NCBI RefSeq assembly: GCF_000092105.1
Contig: NC_014148.1
Span: forward strand, 1,830,001 to 1,862,000
DNA length: 32,000 bases
Source of the DNA: Planctopirus limnophila DSM 3776
GTDB taxonomy: Bacteria > Planctomycetota > Planctomycetia > Planctomycetales > Planctomycetaceae
Reading direction: 5' to 3'
Part shown: positions 1-10,160 of the stretch, in pieces
How the letters are laid out: each line of letters opens with the position of its first letter
Numbering within the stretch: the stretch's first letter is position 1
Program-made: the position numbers and the translations under genes
Notes under the pieces: generated by a model
The model's database searches: none
What the model was told of the DNA's origin: nothing
What the model saw: only the letters and a program-made list of their open reading frames with translations

Positions 1-245
1 GGAATTTCATCCAGTCCCTGATCGAGGTCTGCCTGAATGACGGGAACGCCTTTCGAGATGGCTGCAATCACAGCTTTGGGATCGCGCTCCACTCCCTGGA
101 TTGAAGCACCCATTTCATCCCTGAGTCGGCAGAGCAGGCGACCATCACCACACCCCAGATCCAGCACGCGGCTGCCAGCCGGGATTTGATCCATAATGAT
201 CCGGTCAATCAGCGCGGCAGCATGATCGGCAAGGAGATATTTCAT
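1..245 (-). CDS. metW: Methionine biosynthesis protein MetW (SAM-methyltransferase fold). Only the N-terminal ~81 codons are in the window.
   Basis: The reverse-complement translation starts MKYLLADHAAALIDRIIMDQIPAGSRVLDLGCGDGRLLCRL... It carries the VLDLGCGDG SAM-binding motif I and a later ...GVPVIQADLDQGL segment typical of MetW. Its ATG (245-243) overlaps the metX stop (244-242) as ATGA, the usual metX-metW operon arrangement. Confidence 0.8.
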   Translation of the reverse strand, partial: MKYLLADHAAALIDRIIMDQIPAGSRVLDLGCGDGRLLCRLRDEMGASIQGVERDPKAVIAAISKGVPVIQADLDQGLDEI

Positions 246-1453
246 CGATGACTTCCCCCGGAACGTGTGGAGGCGAGAGTCATCACTTCCGAAGAAATGG
301 AATTAAGAAACGGCTTGAGCAGTGATTCGAGTTCTTCCAGCTCTAACAGAAATGAATCGTGGCCTTTAACACTTTCCAACTCCAGGTAAGTCACATTTTT
401 TCCCGCTCCCAGGAGTGCTGTCACAATCTCCCGACTCTGCGAAGGAGGAAACAGCCAATCGCTACTGTAAGAACAGAGAAAGAAGCGAGCCGCTGTCTGG
501 CCGAGTGCGGCACCAATGGAACCATATTTCTGAGAAATGTCGAAGTAGTCCATCGCCCGTGTCAGATACAGGTAACAGTTCGCATCGAATCGCTCGACAA
601 ACCTTTGCCCCTGATAATGCAGGTAGCTCTCGACCTGAAATTCGATCTCTTGTTGAAGCACATAGCCAAGCTGATCACTGTTTTGGAGCTTGCGACCGAA
701 CTTTCTTTCAATGGATGTTTCTGAAAGATAAGTGATGTGAGCAATCATCCGTGCCAGAGCCAGGCCAAATTTCGGGCCTTCACCTTCGTAATAGTCACCA
801 TTCTTGTAATTGGGGTCGGCGTAGATCGCACGTCGGCCAACAGCATTGAAGGCAATCCCTTGTGCGGTGAGTCGCGCCGATGTTGCCAGGCCGACGATCG
901 CATGCGCCATATCTGGAAATCGAGCGGCCCAGTCGAGTGCCATCATGCCACCCAGACTTCCCCCCACAACGGCCAGAAGTTTACGAATGCCTAATGACCG
1001 CACCAGTTGAGCATGAACTTCCACCATGTCACCAATGGTGATAAACGGGAATGTGGACCCCCAGGGCTTACCAGTCGCGGGATTGGTGGAGCAGGGGCCT
1101 GTTGTTCCCTTACAACCACCCAGAACATTCGAGCAGATGACAAAGAATCGGTTGGTATCGAAGGTCTTGCCTGGCCCAACCATCCCATCCCACCAGCCGG
1201 CCTTTTTACTCTCCGGGCTGTGCTTACCGGCCACATTTGCGTCACCAGTGAGTGCATGGCAGATGTAAATGGCGTTGGAGGCATCTTCATTGAGTTGCCC
1301 GTAGGTCTCATAAGCCACGCGAACGGGCCCAAGTTCCACACCGCTTTCAAGTTTCAGCGGAGACTCGGCAGAGAATAAATCGATCATGTTTGTCGAGACG
1401 ATCCCAACCGAGCGATCGTCTCTCGGAAGTGGTGGTGCAGACGCGAGTGTCAT
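242..1453 (-). CDS. metX: Homoserine O-acetyltransferase MetX
   Basis: 403-aa ORF with an ATG start. It has alpha/beta-hydrolase MetX hallmarks: ...NAIYICHALTGD..., GWWDGMVGPGK, FFVICSNVLGGCKGTTGP, and the nucleophile elbow VVGGSLGGM. It is followed by metW with a 4-nt overlap. Confidence 0.9.
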   Translation of the reverse strand: MTLASAPPLPRDDRSVGIVSTNMIDLFSAESPLKLESGVELGPVRVAYETYGQLNEDASNAIYICHALTGDANVAGKHSPESKKAGWWDGMVGPGKTFDTNRFFVICSNVLGGCKGTTGPCSTNPATGKPWGSTFPFITIGDMVEVHAQLVRSLGIRKLLAVVGGSLGGMMALDWAARFPDMAHAIVGLATSARLTAQGIAFNAVGRRAIYADPNYKNGDYYEGEGPKFGLALARMIAHITYLSETSIERKFGRKLQNSDQLGYVLQQEIEFQVESYLHYQGQRFVERFDANCYLYLTRAMDYFDISQKYGSIGAALGQTAARFFLCSYSSDWLFPPSQSREIVTALLGAGKNVTYLELESVKGHDSFLLELEELESLLKPFLNSISSEVMTLASTRSGGSHR

Positions 1454-2019
1454 ATCGACCGATCATCCAACCGTCACTTGCTGATTTGACTGAACTTACG
1501 GGATCTGTATCCGTCTGAGTTCGAAGTCACAACTCCGCCTGACAAAACCCAGAATGTTCCCGCAATTCATTTTGAGTGCTTCTGTGAGCACTGCAAGTTG
1601 ATGAATCATAAAGAAATCAATTGGACAAGTCGAGCGGCGGCAAAACGAGCCGTACGAACAATTCAAAGTGAGGCACAACACGAGGCGATCGACTTCGAGC
1701 CGTGAACTTTGCTGAAGACTGTCATTTGGTACTCAGGCGGCGGGGCTTTGGAGTTCAGATTTCGGGAGAAAAGCGGCTTCCACTCAATCGCTGCTGATGT
1801 TGCAGGACTGCTGGATTTCGTGAGGTTCCCTACCATTGCTGATTTCGTCACATCGTAAATCGTCACCAGCCTGATAGAATTATTCGTCGTCAGGATAAAA
1901 GTTCGTTTTGAACTCGCTTCTTGTCGCTGGGCAGGATTAATGATCGAAATCTGAAACTGACTCTCAAGTCAAACTTCTCTGTGTCAACCCTCTGGGAAAT
2001 CGCAGCAAGCAGGTCAATC

Positions 2020-2355
2020 ATGGAAACTTCCGTCATCGAAGCGTCGTCCCTCAAATTGGACGATCTGCATCATATTGCCATTTCAGTGACTGATGTCGCT
2101 CAATCGGTCGAGTGGTACACCTCTCACTTTCAGTGTCGGATTGCCTATCAGGATAGTACCTGGGCCTTGCTGAAATTTGGAAATCTCAGCCTGGCTCTGG
2201 TGATTCCTGAGCAACACCCACCACACATCGCCTTCACGAGTGATCGGGCCGGAGAGTATGGCTCTTTAAAGACGCATCGAGACGGAACAAGATCCTGTTA
2301 TATCCAGGATCCTTCCGGAAATTCGGTCGAATTGATGGATCCCACCAGTCTGTAA
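2020..2355 (+). CDS. VOC / glyoxalase-bleomycin resistance family protein
   Basis: The ORF-track ORF 1921-2355 begins at a TTG. The first ATG (2020, METSVIEASS...) gives a ~111-aa protein with LHHIAISVTDVAQSVEWY...G..LAL and ...DPSGNSVELM, a single-module VOC pattern. Confidence 0.7.
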   Translation: METSVIEASSLKLDDLHHIAISVTDVAQSVEWYTSHFQCRIAYQDSTWALLKFGNLSLALVIPEQHPPHIAFTSDRAGEYGSLKTHRDGTRSCYIQDPSGNSVELMDPTSL

Positions 2356-2400
2356 ACAGTTTCAAATCCTCCACGTTTTCCTGTGTCAGTGGAAAATGTC

Positions 2401-2919
2401 ATGCTCAGATCGTCTGCGGTAACCTGTCTGATGTTTTTGGGCCTTGGGCTGTGCCTGTGGGCTCAGGAGAATCAACCCGATCTGAAACTCCGATTTTCCA
2501 GATTCCAGCATGCCGAGGATTTAGCCGAATCTCAGTTTGACGCAGGAGTTCTGCGGGTAACGATTCTCTCCAGCCGTGGGATTGGACGTTGTACGATCAC
2601 TCCGGAAGAAAACAACTGGCCTGATCGCGTCGAGATTTTTTTTGCCGGGTTGACTGAACTGGAAAGTCTGCAAGTGGAATCGGGGCGGTTTTCCACTTCA
2701 GGCAGTCGTCGGCAATCGGGACAATTCCCTTTTGTGCTATTAGCTCCGGCACCTGCCGCTCGCAATCACAAGGCAGGCGATAAACCACCGTTGCCAGCAG
2801 GCGTTCTGGATATCAGGGTTCGTCAGTCAGAAGGCGGAGTTCTCGTTGTTCTGCCTGATCGGTTTCTTGCGGAGAAGGAAGCTCTCAACCTGGCTTGGAT
2901 CGATTGGCTGAGAATTTAA
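2401..2919 (+). CDS. Hypothetical secreted protein
   Basis: The ORF is 2383-2919. The ATG at 2401 gives MLRSSAVTCLMFLGLGLCLWAQE, a signal-peptide-like N-terminus. I recognise no family. It lies 45 nt downstream of the VOC gene, so it is probably co-transcribed. Confidence 0.5.
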   Translation: MLRSSAVTCLMFLGLGLCLWAQENQPDLKLRFSRFQHAEDLAESQFDAGVLRVTILSSRGIGRCTITPEENNWPDRVEIFFAGLTELESLQVESGRFSTSGSRRQSGQFPFVLLAPAPAARNHKAGDKPPLPAGVLDIRVRQSEGGVLVVLPDRFLAEKEALNLAWIDWLRI

Positions 2920-3094
2920 TGGGTGCTCGCTGAAAATGGAGCATTCGGTTGAATAAAGCACTCCGATTTTCTGAAGCGACTGATGCCAAAGCATGCCGTG
3001 ACCGGGCATATGCCACACTGATACCTGGCGAGTGCATCGAGAATGGGTTGAGCTTTGGATCCTTCGCCACTTGGCTTCGAGGCACTACACTTCA

Positions 3095-3127
3095 GGGTTG
3101 TGGCTCAATTTAACCACCCGGTTTTTT
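3095..3127 (+). terminator. Possible intrinsic terminator downstream of 2401-2919
   Basis: GGG-TT-GTGG (3095-3103), a 10-nt loop, then CCAC-CCC (3114-3119), followed by GG and TTTTTT (3122-3127). The stem has a 2-nt bulge, so this is only moderately convincing. Confidence 0.35.
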
Positions 3128-3150
3128 CATTCGATAAGACGGTCATCTCC

Positions 3151-4632
3151 ATGGCGCTTGTTCCCGAAGCTCCCTCAAGTCGTGTTCGGCAACTCAATTC
3201 CTGTCCTTTGAAAAAGAGCGGACGGTATGTGCTTTACTGGATGATTTCGGCCCGGCGGCTCCAATGGAATTTCGGGTTGCAGCAGGCCGTTCACAGGGCA
3301 CAAACGTTAAATCTTCCACTGGTCATTCTGGAGCCCATTGGCTGCCGGGCGAAATGGTCGTCTGTACGGTTTCATCATTTTGTCATTGAAGGGATGGCTG
3401 AGCACCATGCTCTCTGTCAAGAGAGGGGGATCGCCTATCATCCTTATGTCGAACCCGAACCCGGGCATGGCGTTGGTCTCGTTGAAGCTTATGCTCAAAA
3501 AGCAGCAGCAGTGATTACCGATGACTTTCCCTGCTATTTCCTGCCCAGAATGGTTCAAACTTTAGGGCAGAGAATCGATGTCCCACTGGAGTGTGTCGAC
3601 AGCAACGGGATATTCCCGATGCGAGCGACCGATCAGGTTTTTACTACAGCTCATGCTTTCCGGCGCTTCCTGCAAAAGAATATCAAACCTTATCTTTCCG
3701 AGTTCCCTGTGGCCGATTCCCTGGCAGGCCCGATTCTCTCGATGGAAATTCCTGGTCAGATTGCCAGAAAGTGGTCGCCAGCGACCCCTGGATTGCTCAA
3801 TCGGGATGCCAGTGCTCTCGCTCAACTGCCCATCGATCAGACCGTTCAACCTGCTGCGTTTCGTGGTGGGCTCAAGGCTGCTCAGGAAGCTGTCGCACGG
3901 TTCTTCAAATCGCGTTTGCCACGATATGCCGATGATCGGAACAACCCTGAACAAGAAGCGGCCAGCGGATTATCGCCTTATCTTCACTTTGGACATGTCT
4001 CTGCCCATGAGGTCTTTTCGCGACTTGCGGCCAAGGAATCATGGAAGCCGGAGCATCTCCCGGAGAAAGCTTCAGGTAGTCGGGAAGGCTGGTGGCAGAT
4101 GTCCCCTGCGGCAGAGGCTTTTCTCGACGAATTGATCACGTGGCGAGAAGTGGGCTACAACTTCACTTCGCATCGGGAAGATTATGATCAATATGAGTCA
4201 TTGCCGGCCTGGGCAAGGCAATCTTTAGAAAAGCATGCGGGTGATCATCGCCCATCCCTCTATGATCTGCATCAGCTTGAGATAGCACAGACTCATGATG
4301 AACTCTGGAATGCCGCCCAGCGACAACTCGTCCGCGAGGGACGAATGCATAATTATCTGCGGATGCTCTGGGGCAAAAAAGTTCTCGAATGGTCGCTCAC
4401 ACCGCAGCAGGCTGTTGAGACGCTCATTCACCTGAACAATAAATATGCTGTCGACGGACGAAATCCGAATTCCTATTCGGGAATTTTCTGGGTCTTTGGT
4501 CGATACGACCGAGCCTGGGGGCCGGAACGTCCAATATTTGGTACGATCCGGTACATGAGCTCCGATAATACGGCTCGCAAACTTCCCGTAAAGGACTATC
4601 TCAAACGCTATGCCGCATCCTCGGGAAAATAG
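3151..4632 (+). CDS. phr: Deoxyribodipyrimidine photolyase, class II (CPD photolyase)
   Basis: N-terminus ...GRYVLYWMISARRLQWNFGLQ. C-terminal FAD-binding region GLSPYLHFGHVSAHEV, ELITWREVGYNF, GRMHNYLRMLWGKKVLEW and NKYAVDGRNPNSYSGIFWVFGRYDRAW. These are class II photolyase signatures. I placed the start at ATG 3151; the ORF-track start at 3055 is a TTG. Confidence 0.85.
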   Translation: MALVPEAPSSRVRQLNSCPLKKSGRYVLYWMISARRLQWNFGLQQAVHRAQTLNLPLVILEPIGCRAKWSSVRFHHFVIEGMAEHHALCQERGIAYHPYVEPEPGHGVGLVEAYAQKAAAVITDDFPCYFLPRMVQTLGQRIDVPLECVDSNGIFPMRATDQVFTTAHAFRRFLQKNIKPYLSEFPVADSLAGPILSMEIPGQIARKWSPATPGLLNRDASALAQLPIDQTVQPAAFRGGLKAAQEAVARFFKSRLPRYADDRNNPEQEAASGLSPYLHFGHVSAHEVFSRLAAKESWKPEHLPEKASGSREGWWQMSPAAEAFLDELITWREVGYNFTSHREDYDQYESLPAWARQSLEKHAGDHRPSLYDLHQLEIAQTHDELWNAAQRQLVREGRMHNYLRMLWGKKVLEWSLTPQQAVETLIHLNNKYAVDGRNPNSYSGIFWVFGRYDRAWGPERPIFGTIRYMSSDNTARKLPVKDYLKRYAASSGK

Positions 4633-4637
4633 AGGAG

Positions 4638-6455
4638 TTACTCACGATGGTTGGTATGGATCGATCCCATGATCTGTTGAGATGTCAGCATCCCCAGATA
4701 GTGGTTAGCGGCGTCAGGATCGATTACGGGGATCACTCCATCCGCATTTTTCGCCAGATCACTGATGGCCTGCGCCAGCGGGGTTTCAAGAGTTAAGGTC
4801 ATGGCAAAAGGCAGGGATAGATCGCGGGCGAAAGTGTTTGGCCAACTGGTTTGATCTTCCAGTCGGGGCAGAAGTTGATCGAGTGAAATTCTGCCCACAA
4901 GCGCACCATGGTGATCCACCACGGGAAAAACACTCTGATGCGATGTCGTCAGCAGATGCATGATCCGGGTTAAAGGCTCATCGACCCGCAAAACCTGAGT
5001 ATGCGTAAGTTTGATGTCTTTGATGAACTTTTCTGCGAGTTGCGATGGAACCCAATCGTACTGATGGACTGGTGACTCACTCCTCGATTCGACCTGGCAA
5101 TGGTAGAGCGTCCAGCCTCTGCAGAGTACGAAACAAAGCGAAGAAACCCAGAGTGTGGGCAATAGCAGGCCATAATCGCCGGTAATCTCCGAGACCATCA
5201 GCACTGTGGATATTGGGGCTCGGGCAGAACCTGCAAAAAAGCCAGCCATCCCGACAATCGCAAAGAGTTCCGGTTGTTTGACAATGCCTGGAAAAAAGTG
5301 ATGAAAAAAGAGTCCGCAGGCAGCTCCCAGACAACCTCCAATCACCATGGATGGGCCGAAAACGCCACCCGAACCACCACTGCTGATGGTTAAGGATGTC
5401 GTGATGATCTTGGCGAAGGCGACGGCGCACAACAGGCCTATGCCTGCAGTCGAGGCATTCGATAAGGCTACTTCCAGTGTACCGTAGCCAGTCGCCAGGA
5501 CACCCAATGCGAGAATGTTCCGATCAAACAGAAAGTAAAGTCCAATACCGATCAGAGCGGCCAAACCTGCACCAATCGCAGGTTTAAAATGTGGAGGAAG
5601 TGGAAGTTGATGTGTCAGACGGACTGTCCCATAAAATGTGCGGACATAAAACCATGAAGCGCCCGACAGCACGAGAGCCATCAATCCCAGGGGGATCAAC
5701 TCCCACAGGCTTGACATCACGTAGACGGTCTGGTTGCCAAATAAGGGCTGATTCTGAAATTCAACGGGCAGAAACTGGGAAAAGGTGGCATATCCAATAA
5801 TCGAGGCGATGGCGGAAGGAACAATGACATCGCTTTCGATATCCGCATCTCGATACATGATTTCTGCAGAGAACATGGCTCCTGCCAGGGGAGCACGAAA
5901 GATCGAGCCAATCCCGGCTCCCATCCCTGCAGCCATCAGGATGCGTCGCTCACGAACGGAGAGCCGTAGCAGACGCGCCATGTTCGAACCGAATGCCGCT
6001 CCAATCTGCGCAATCGGGCCTTCTCGTCCTCCGGAGCCACCTGTCCCGATCGTGATGGCTGAGGCCAGCAGTTTGACCAGTGGAACCCGGGCTCGGATCA
6101 AACCTCGCCCGTGGTGAAAGGCCGCAATCACGTTGTCAGTTCCGTGCCCTTCCGCTTCCGGAGCAATGCAGAAGACCAATAGCCCGGAGATCAGACCTCC
6201 AATTGTCGTAATCAGAACCAACATCCAGGGGACAAATGTGTGGCTTCCCGGCGGAAACAGTCGAGGTTCTCCGGTGGGTTCAGGAGCAGAGTACCCCGCC
6301 CACGTTTCTAATGTTCCCCAGGTCACAAACTGACATAATGTCTGAAACAGAGCCGCTCCTAAACCAGCGACAACTCCCACAATCACGGAAAGAATTAAGA
6401 TTCTCACCGTCGCATGACTGTAGAATGCTGTAATTCTGGGATGCCATGCAGACAC
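4638..6455 (-). CDS. ClC-family voltage-gated chloride channel / H+-Cl- antiporter with a C-terminal CBS pair
   Basis: 605-aa polytopic protein with ClC selectivity-filter motifs GTGGSGGREGP and GGSGGVFGPS. The soluble C-terminal ~140 aa (..HQSVFPVVDHHGALVGRISLDQLL.. and ..DGVIPVIDPDAANHYLGMLTSQQIM) has CBS-domain character. The start is a GTG and is uncertain. It converges on phr with a 5-nt gap. Confidence 0.9.
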   Translation of the reverse strand: MSAWHPRITAFYSHATVRILILSVIVGVVAGLGAALFQTLCQFVTWGTLETWAGYSAPEPTGEPRLFPPGSHTFVPWMLVLITTIGGLISGLLVFCIAPEAEGHGTDNVIAAFHHGRGLIRARVPLVKLLASAITIGTGGSGGREGPIAQIGAAFGSNMARLLRLSVRERRILMAAGMGAGIGSIFRAPLAGAMFSAEIMYRDADIESDVIVPSAIASIIGYATFSQFLPVEFQNQPLFGNQTVYVMSSLWELIPLGLMALVLSGASWFYVRTFYGTVRLTHQLPLPPHFKPAIGAGLAALIGIGLYFLFDRNILALGVLATGYGTLEVALSNASTAGIGLLCAVAFAKIITTSLTISSGGSGGVFGPSMVIGGCLGAACGLFFHHFFPGIVKQPELFAIVGMAGFFAGSARAPISTVLMVSEITGDYGLLLPTLWVSSLCFVLCRGWTLYHCQVESRSESPVHQYDWVPSQLAEKFIKDIKLTHTQVLRVDEPLTRIMHLLTTSHQSVFPVVDHHGALVGRISLDQLLPRLEDQTSWPNTFARDLSLPFAMTLTLETPLAQAISDLAKNADGVIPVIDPDAANHYLGMLTSQQIMGSIHTNHRE

Positions 6456-6732
6456 TCGGAACGCCTTTCGTTGATGAAATCGAACTTCTTTTTGGGTCGA
6501 GGGTTCATTCGCCCCTTTTCGAGGGAGCGAAAACAGATGGTCATCACAGAATTTCGAAGAAAGTCCGGAACTGGTTCGTTATCGTGACAATTTGTGTGGA
6601 TATCCAACAAGAGCTTGAGGATGGTTTCTCCCCGCAGGTTGACCATAATCTCTAAAAATTGACAGTGTTGGCTAAATGCCGTGCCATTCATCAGGTTGTT
6701 TTGATTTTTTCCGCTGCTGTAAAAGATGTTGT

Positions 6733-7299
6733 ATGGCTGAATCTCTGCGAGGAAAATTGCTCGTTGCTTCGAAGCAATTGAAGGATTCTAACTTTTACAA
6801 GACTGTCGTTCTGATTGTGGAAGACAACGAGAATGGTTCGATGGGGTTGGTTCTCAACCGGCCTTCATCGATTCTGGTCAACCACGCCCTCAGTGAGCAC
6901 TTCCAATTGCCGGAATCTGCCGAGCTGGTGCATGTGGGCGGGCCCGTCGAACCTGCTGCACTTTTCATACTGCACAATCTGGAAGAATTGAGTCATGAGG
7001 GCACGGGAGTGATTCCCGGGGTGTGGTTAGGAAATTCGGGAGAGGCCTTCGAAGATGTGCTCAGATCCTCAGATCCTCACCAGCCTGGGGTTCGTTTCCG
7101 TGTCTTTTGCGGATGTGCCGGATGGTCTCCGGGTCAATTAGAGGGTGAACTTGCCCATGGCGACTGGCATGTCGCACCTGCCATAAAATCGATTGTATTT
7201 GCCGAAGATCCTTATGAAATCTATGAGCAAATGCTTCAGGCCGTGTTTGAATCTCACCGGATTGTGCCCCATACATCGCCTAATCCACAGTGGAATTAA
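6733..7299 (+). CDS. YqgE/AlgH family protein (UPF0301)
   Basis: From ATG 6733: MAESLRGKLLVASKQLKDSNFYKTVVLIVEDNENGSMGLVLNRP ... GGPVEP..LFILH ... FRVFCGCAGWSPGQLEGEL..GDW, the characteristic YqgE/AlgH pattern. Confidence 0.8.
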   Translation: MAESLRGKLLVASKQLKDSNFYKTVVLIVEDNENGSMGLVLNRPSSILVNHALSEHFQLPESAELVHVGGPVEPAALFILHNLEELSHEGTGVIPGVWLGNSGEAFEDVLRSSDPHQPGVRFRVFCGCAGWSPGQLEGELAHGDWHVAPAIKSIVFAEDPYEIYEQMLQAVFESHRIVPHTSPNPQWN

Positions 7300-7624
7300 G
7301 GGAGTGGAATTGAGGCAGTAGAATCAAGACAGTGGAGTTAAGTCTGCTGATCATCCCGTTTCCGACGCAACATCTTGATCCTGAGGCGAGTCACCTATGC
7401 GTTTCGAGCAGGAAATCGCTGCTCGATTGCGTTAATCTCTCGAACAGGTGCCAGTGAAAGGTCTGTCTCCTGACTGGCAGGGCACTGCATGAAGAAATCA
7501 GCGATCAGTATCCTGAGGAGATCTTGTGGTGTATTGGGGATGTACCCATCACGGATCTGATTCTTCAATCGAACAACTGACGTTTGACTCGACAATTCTG
7601 ATTCTACAACGGGGATAATCTGTC

Positions 7625-8623
7625 ATGCATTTGATGATCAGCAATGCCGCACTTCTGGCTAGAGGCGTGTTAGCCATTCTCTCGGTGATGGTCTGTTCGG
7701 CTGCCACGAGTACAGCCGGTTTTGAGTGGAAGACCAATGCCGCGGGAACCGAAACGGATCTCACTCTGGATGGTCAACCCGTGCTGAAATATATGCACGC
7801 CTATGACCCCTCGACACCCGAGCGTAATGCCGAAACCTATAAAGTCTTTCATCATGTGTTCGGCCCCGGAACAGGAGATCTGATTACCAAAGGCCCGGGA
7901 GGCACGTTTCCCCATCATCGCGGCATGTATGTCGCCTGGAATAAGACACAAACCGACAAAGGCTCCTACGATTTCTGGCACTGTACGAAAGGTGCCCATC
8001 AGAAACATATCAAATTTCTCAAGCAGGAGGCCAATGATGTCGAAGCCACTGCCACCGCTGAGATTCACTGGGAAGATGCCGACAACAAGCCTGTGATCCG
8101 CGAAGAACGAACTGTCACAGTAAAGAAGTTGCCACTCGGAGATGGTAAGTTTGGCTGGCAGATCGACTGGTCGACAGTGCTGCATTCCGAGCGTGGGAAG
8201 ATTCGCCTGACTGGCGATCGCCAGCATGCGGGTTTTCAGTTCCGTGCGCCACAGTCGGTCGCCGACGCGAACTCGGCTCGCTACATCCGCCCCGCAAACT
8301 TTCCCCAACAGCCGGAAGCTGTTCAGGAAAACGATGGCCCGGCAGAACCCAAGCATGCCAATCTCGACTGGTGCGCGATGACGTATCCCGTGAACGACAA
8401 CAAGTACACCATTGCCTACTTCGAAGATCCTTCACTGCCTAAGCCCAGACGCTTTTCCGAACGACCTTATGGACGCTTTGGTTCATTTTTTGAAACCGAT
8501 CTGTTGCCAGACGAGCCTCTCAAAATGACTTACCGGATTCTCGTCTTCCCTGACAATTCCCAGACTTCTGAAAGTCTGCAGAAAGCCTATGACCAGTTCA
8601 CAGCGACTCTCAAAAAATCATGA
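7625..8623 (+). CDS. Secreted protein, probably PmoA-like / DUF6807 family
   Basis: 332 aa with an ATG start and a signal-like N-terminus (MHLMISNAALLARGVLAILSVMVCSAA). The central ...GGTFPHHRGMYVAWNKT...YDFWHC... and ...DRQHAGFQFRA... resemble the PmoA-like family common in Planctomycetes. The CDS call is solid; the family call is tentative. Confidence 0.55.
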   Translation: MHLMISNAALLARGVLAILSVMVCSAATSTAGFEWKTNAAGTETDLTLDGQPVLKYMHAYDPSTPERNAETYKVFHHVFGPGTGDLITKGPGGTFPHHRGMYVAWNKTQTDKGSYDFWHCTKGAHQKHIKFLKQEANDVEATATAEIHWEDADNKPVIREERTVTVKKLPLGDGKFGWQIDWSTVLHSERGKIRLTGDRQHAGFQFRAPQSVADANSARYIRPANFPQQPEAVQENDGPAEPKHANLDWCAMTYPVNDNKYTIAYFEDPSLPKPRRFSERPYGRFGSFFETDLLPDEPLKMTYRILVFPDNSQTSESLQKAYDQFTATLKKS

Positions 8624-8752
8624 GGTTCTTCACTTCCTCAAATAAAATTTCCAAGGCGAGCGTGACAGATTTGGAAAGGCACAATCCCAACCGAATGCTG
8701 GGGAGCATTCATCCCGAGTGACGATTGGTCTCCATCGAAAACAAAGAATGCG

Positions 8753-8812
8753 GCAGATTTCCATGGGTAGCTCCTCAGAGTTTACCCGGGGAAATCCTGC
8801 TGCTTTTTTTAT
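8753..8812 (+). terminator. Possible intrinsic terminator after 7625-8623
   Basis: GCAGATTTCC (8753-8762) pairs with GGAAAT-CCTGC (8790-8800). An inner GGGTA/TACCC stem is present, followed by TGCTTTTTTTATTTT. Confidence 0.45.
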
Positions 8813-9046
8813 TTTGGCGAAACCTTCAGTGGAAATCTTGGTTTGAGAGATGAGTGATTCTGTGACATTCTCGGACTGTGGAAGGAGCTGCGGAGGCTCT
8901 CTAAGGCATTCTCAGATTGTTGAATGTCCCTGCGGCACTGGAGTCCATTCGTTTGTGAGCTAAGCGCGTCGGCATGCTGCCCGTAAGATCCGCAGTCGTT
9001 TCTTATGGACGGTGGCGAGTTAATTTCGTGATTGGGAGAGTGAAAT

Positions 9047-9931
9047 ATGAAATGGATCGCTTGCTCAATTCTGACTGCTTTCTGTGTTTGGGGGATTTTG
9101 TTTTGTCTACCTCCCAATAGAGCCCTCGCCGCCGATCTTCAACCGGTCATGGATGTTCCCTATCGGGAAAAGATGCGAAATGAGCGCACGACCCTGGATG
9201 TTTATCCTGGTCCGACAGCGAATGCACCGGTTGTTGTATGGGTTCATGGCGGTGCCTGGGAAATTGGCTCCAAAACTCCAGGGGCAAGGGAAAAGGCCGA
9301 TTTTCTTTTCAAGCAGGGGTGGGGCATGGTCTCTATCAACTACCGCATGCACCCTGAGGTCAAATGGTCGGAAATGGCCAGTGATGTCGCCCATGCAATC
9401 GCCTGGGTCGTGAATGCCAATCGTCCTGAGATCAAGTCTCCTGCATCGATTGTGCTGATGGGGCATTCAGCCGGGGCTCATCTGGCGGCTTTGGTGGCCA
9501 CCGATCCCAGATATTTGAAGGCGGCAGATGTTCAGTTGAATCTCCTGTCTGGCGTCATCCTTCTCGACGGTGCCGGGTACGATATTCCTGAACAGATTCG
9601 TATCGCGAGGCTTCCTCGAATGAAGGAAATGTACGAGAAGATCTTTTCGGCTGACGAAGCCACTCAGAAGGAGGCAAGCCCGACACTTGCTGTCCAGAAG
9701 GGAATCGGAATTCCACCATTTCTCATCCTCTATGTGGCCTCGCGGGCCGACAGCAGGCAGCAAGCCATGAAACTGCAAGAGGCATTGAAGCGAGCGGATG
9801 TATCGGCTGCAGTCGAAGGACTTTCGGGAAAGAATCACGCGACGATCAATCGTGAACTTCCTATCGAGGGGGATTCGGGCGGAGTATTGGTGCGCAAGTT
9901 CCTCAGTGAGCTTTCTCCATCGAAAAACTGA
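9047..9931 (+). CDS. Secreted alpha/beta hydrolase (esterase/lipase-type, HGG class)
   Basis: GGGAGAG lies upstream of ATG 9047. Signal peptide MKWIACSILTAFCVWGILFCLPPNRALAA. Oxyanion-hole motif VVVWVHGGAW and nucleophile elbow LMGHSAGAH. Confidence 0.85.
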   Translation: MKWIACSILTAFCVWGILFCLPPNRALAADLQPVMDVPYREKMRNERTTLDVYPGPTANAPVVVWVHGGAWEIGSKTPGAREKADFLFKQGWGMVSINYRMHPEVKWSEMASDVAHAIAWVVNANRPEIKSPASIVLMGHSAGAHLAALVATDPRYLKAADVQLNLLSGVILLDGAGYDIPEQIRIARLPRMKEMYEKIFSADEATQKEASPTLAVQKGIGIPPFLILYVASRADSRQQAMKLQEALKRADVSAAVEGLSGKNHATINRELPIEGDSGGVLVRKFLSELSPSKN

Positions 9932-10160
9932 ACGTCCAGTCATTCCGAGTACGACATTCCTGTCGATTGTGAGATCACGCTCGAATTTTTGGGACTAAAT
10001 CACAGGCAAAATTTCAAGACAATCTTCTAAAATCTTGGTAGAATCAAAGATTCTTGTGATCTCTTTCTACATACGAATTGCGGAAGCAAGTCTGACTGGT
10101 CTTTGAACGAGTCAAACGACGGCTTCCTGCCTATTCGGATTCTCTTGAGGACTGGTGAAA

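Noticed and set aside
1454-2019. The long (566 bp) region upstream of metX. I looked on the minus strand for a SAM riboswitch (SAM-I, SAM-II, SAM/SAH).
   Set aside because: I found no conserved core elements, such as the GGCCC / GAGGGA / GCAACC blocks of SAM-I or a SAM-II-like pseudoknot signature. Only a small hairpin (AGTGCT..AGCACT, ~1575-1592) is present. A covariance-model scan (Rfam/Infernal) would be needed to exclude one.
3055-3150. N-terminal extensions proposed by the ORF track: photolyase from 3055, VOC protein from 1921, DUF1990 from 24937, and the secreted protein from 2383.
   Set aside because: These extensions start at TTG or GTG. They add non-homologous residues or overlap the neighbouring divergent gene. 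The internal ATG starts give N-termini matching the family norms.
7395-7595. 66-aa minus-strand ORF in the 325-bp gap between yqgE and the PmoA-like gene. I also noted a CGAGCAG..CTGCTCG hairpin at ~7405-7425.
   Set aside because: The ORF starts at a TTG with no RBS and no recognisable motif. The hairpin has no following T-tract, so I do not call a gene or a terminator here.
7670-8356. Large ORFs on the opposite strand or in an alternative frame inside confidently assigned genes: 7670-8356(-), 22849-23529(+), 26169-26768(-), 26353-26949(+), 15926-16513(-), 3578-4135(+) and 25120-25596(-).
   Set aside because: Each is fully embedded in a longer ORF with recognisable family motifs. Each has the Arg/Ser/Cys-rich, motif-less composition typical of off-frame translation in moderately GC-rich DNA.
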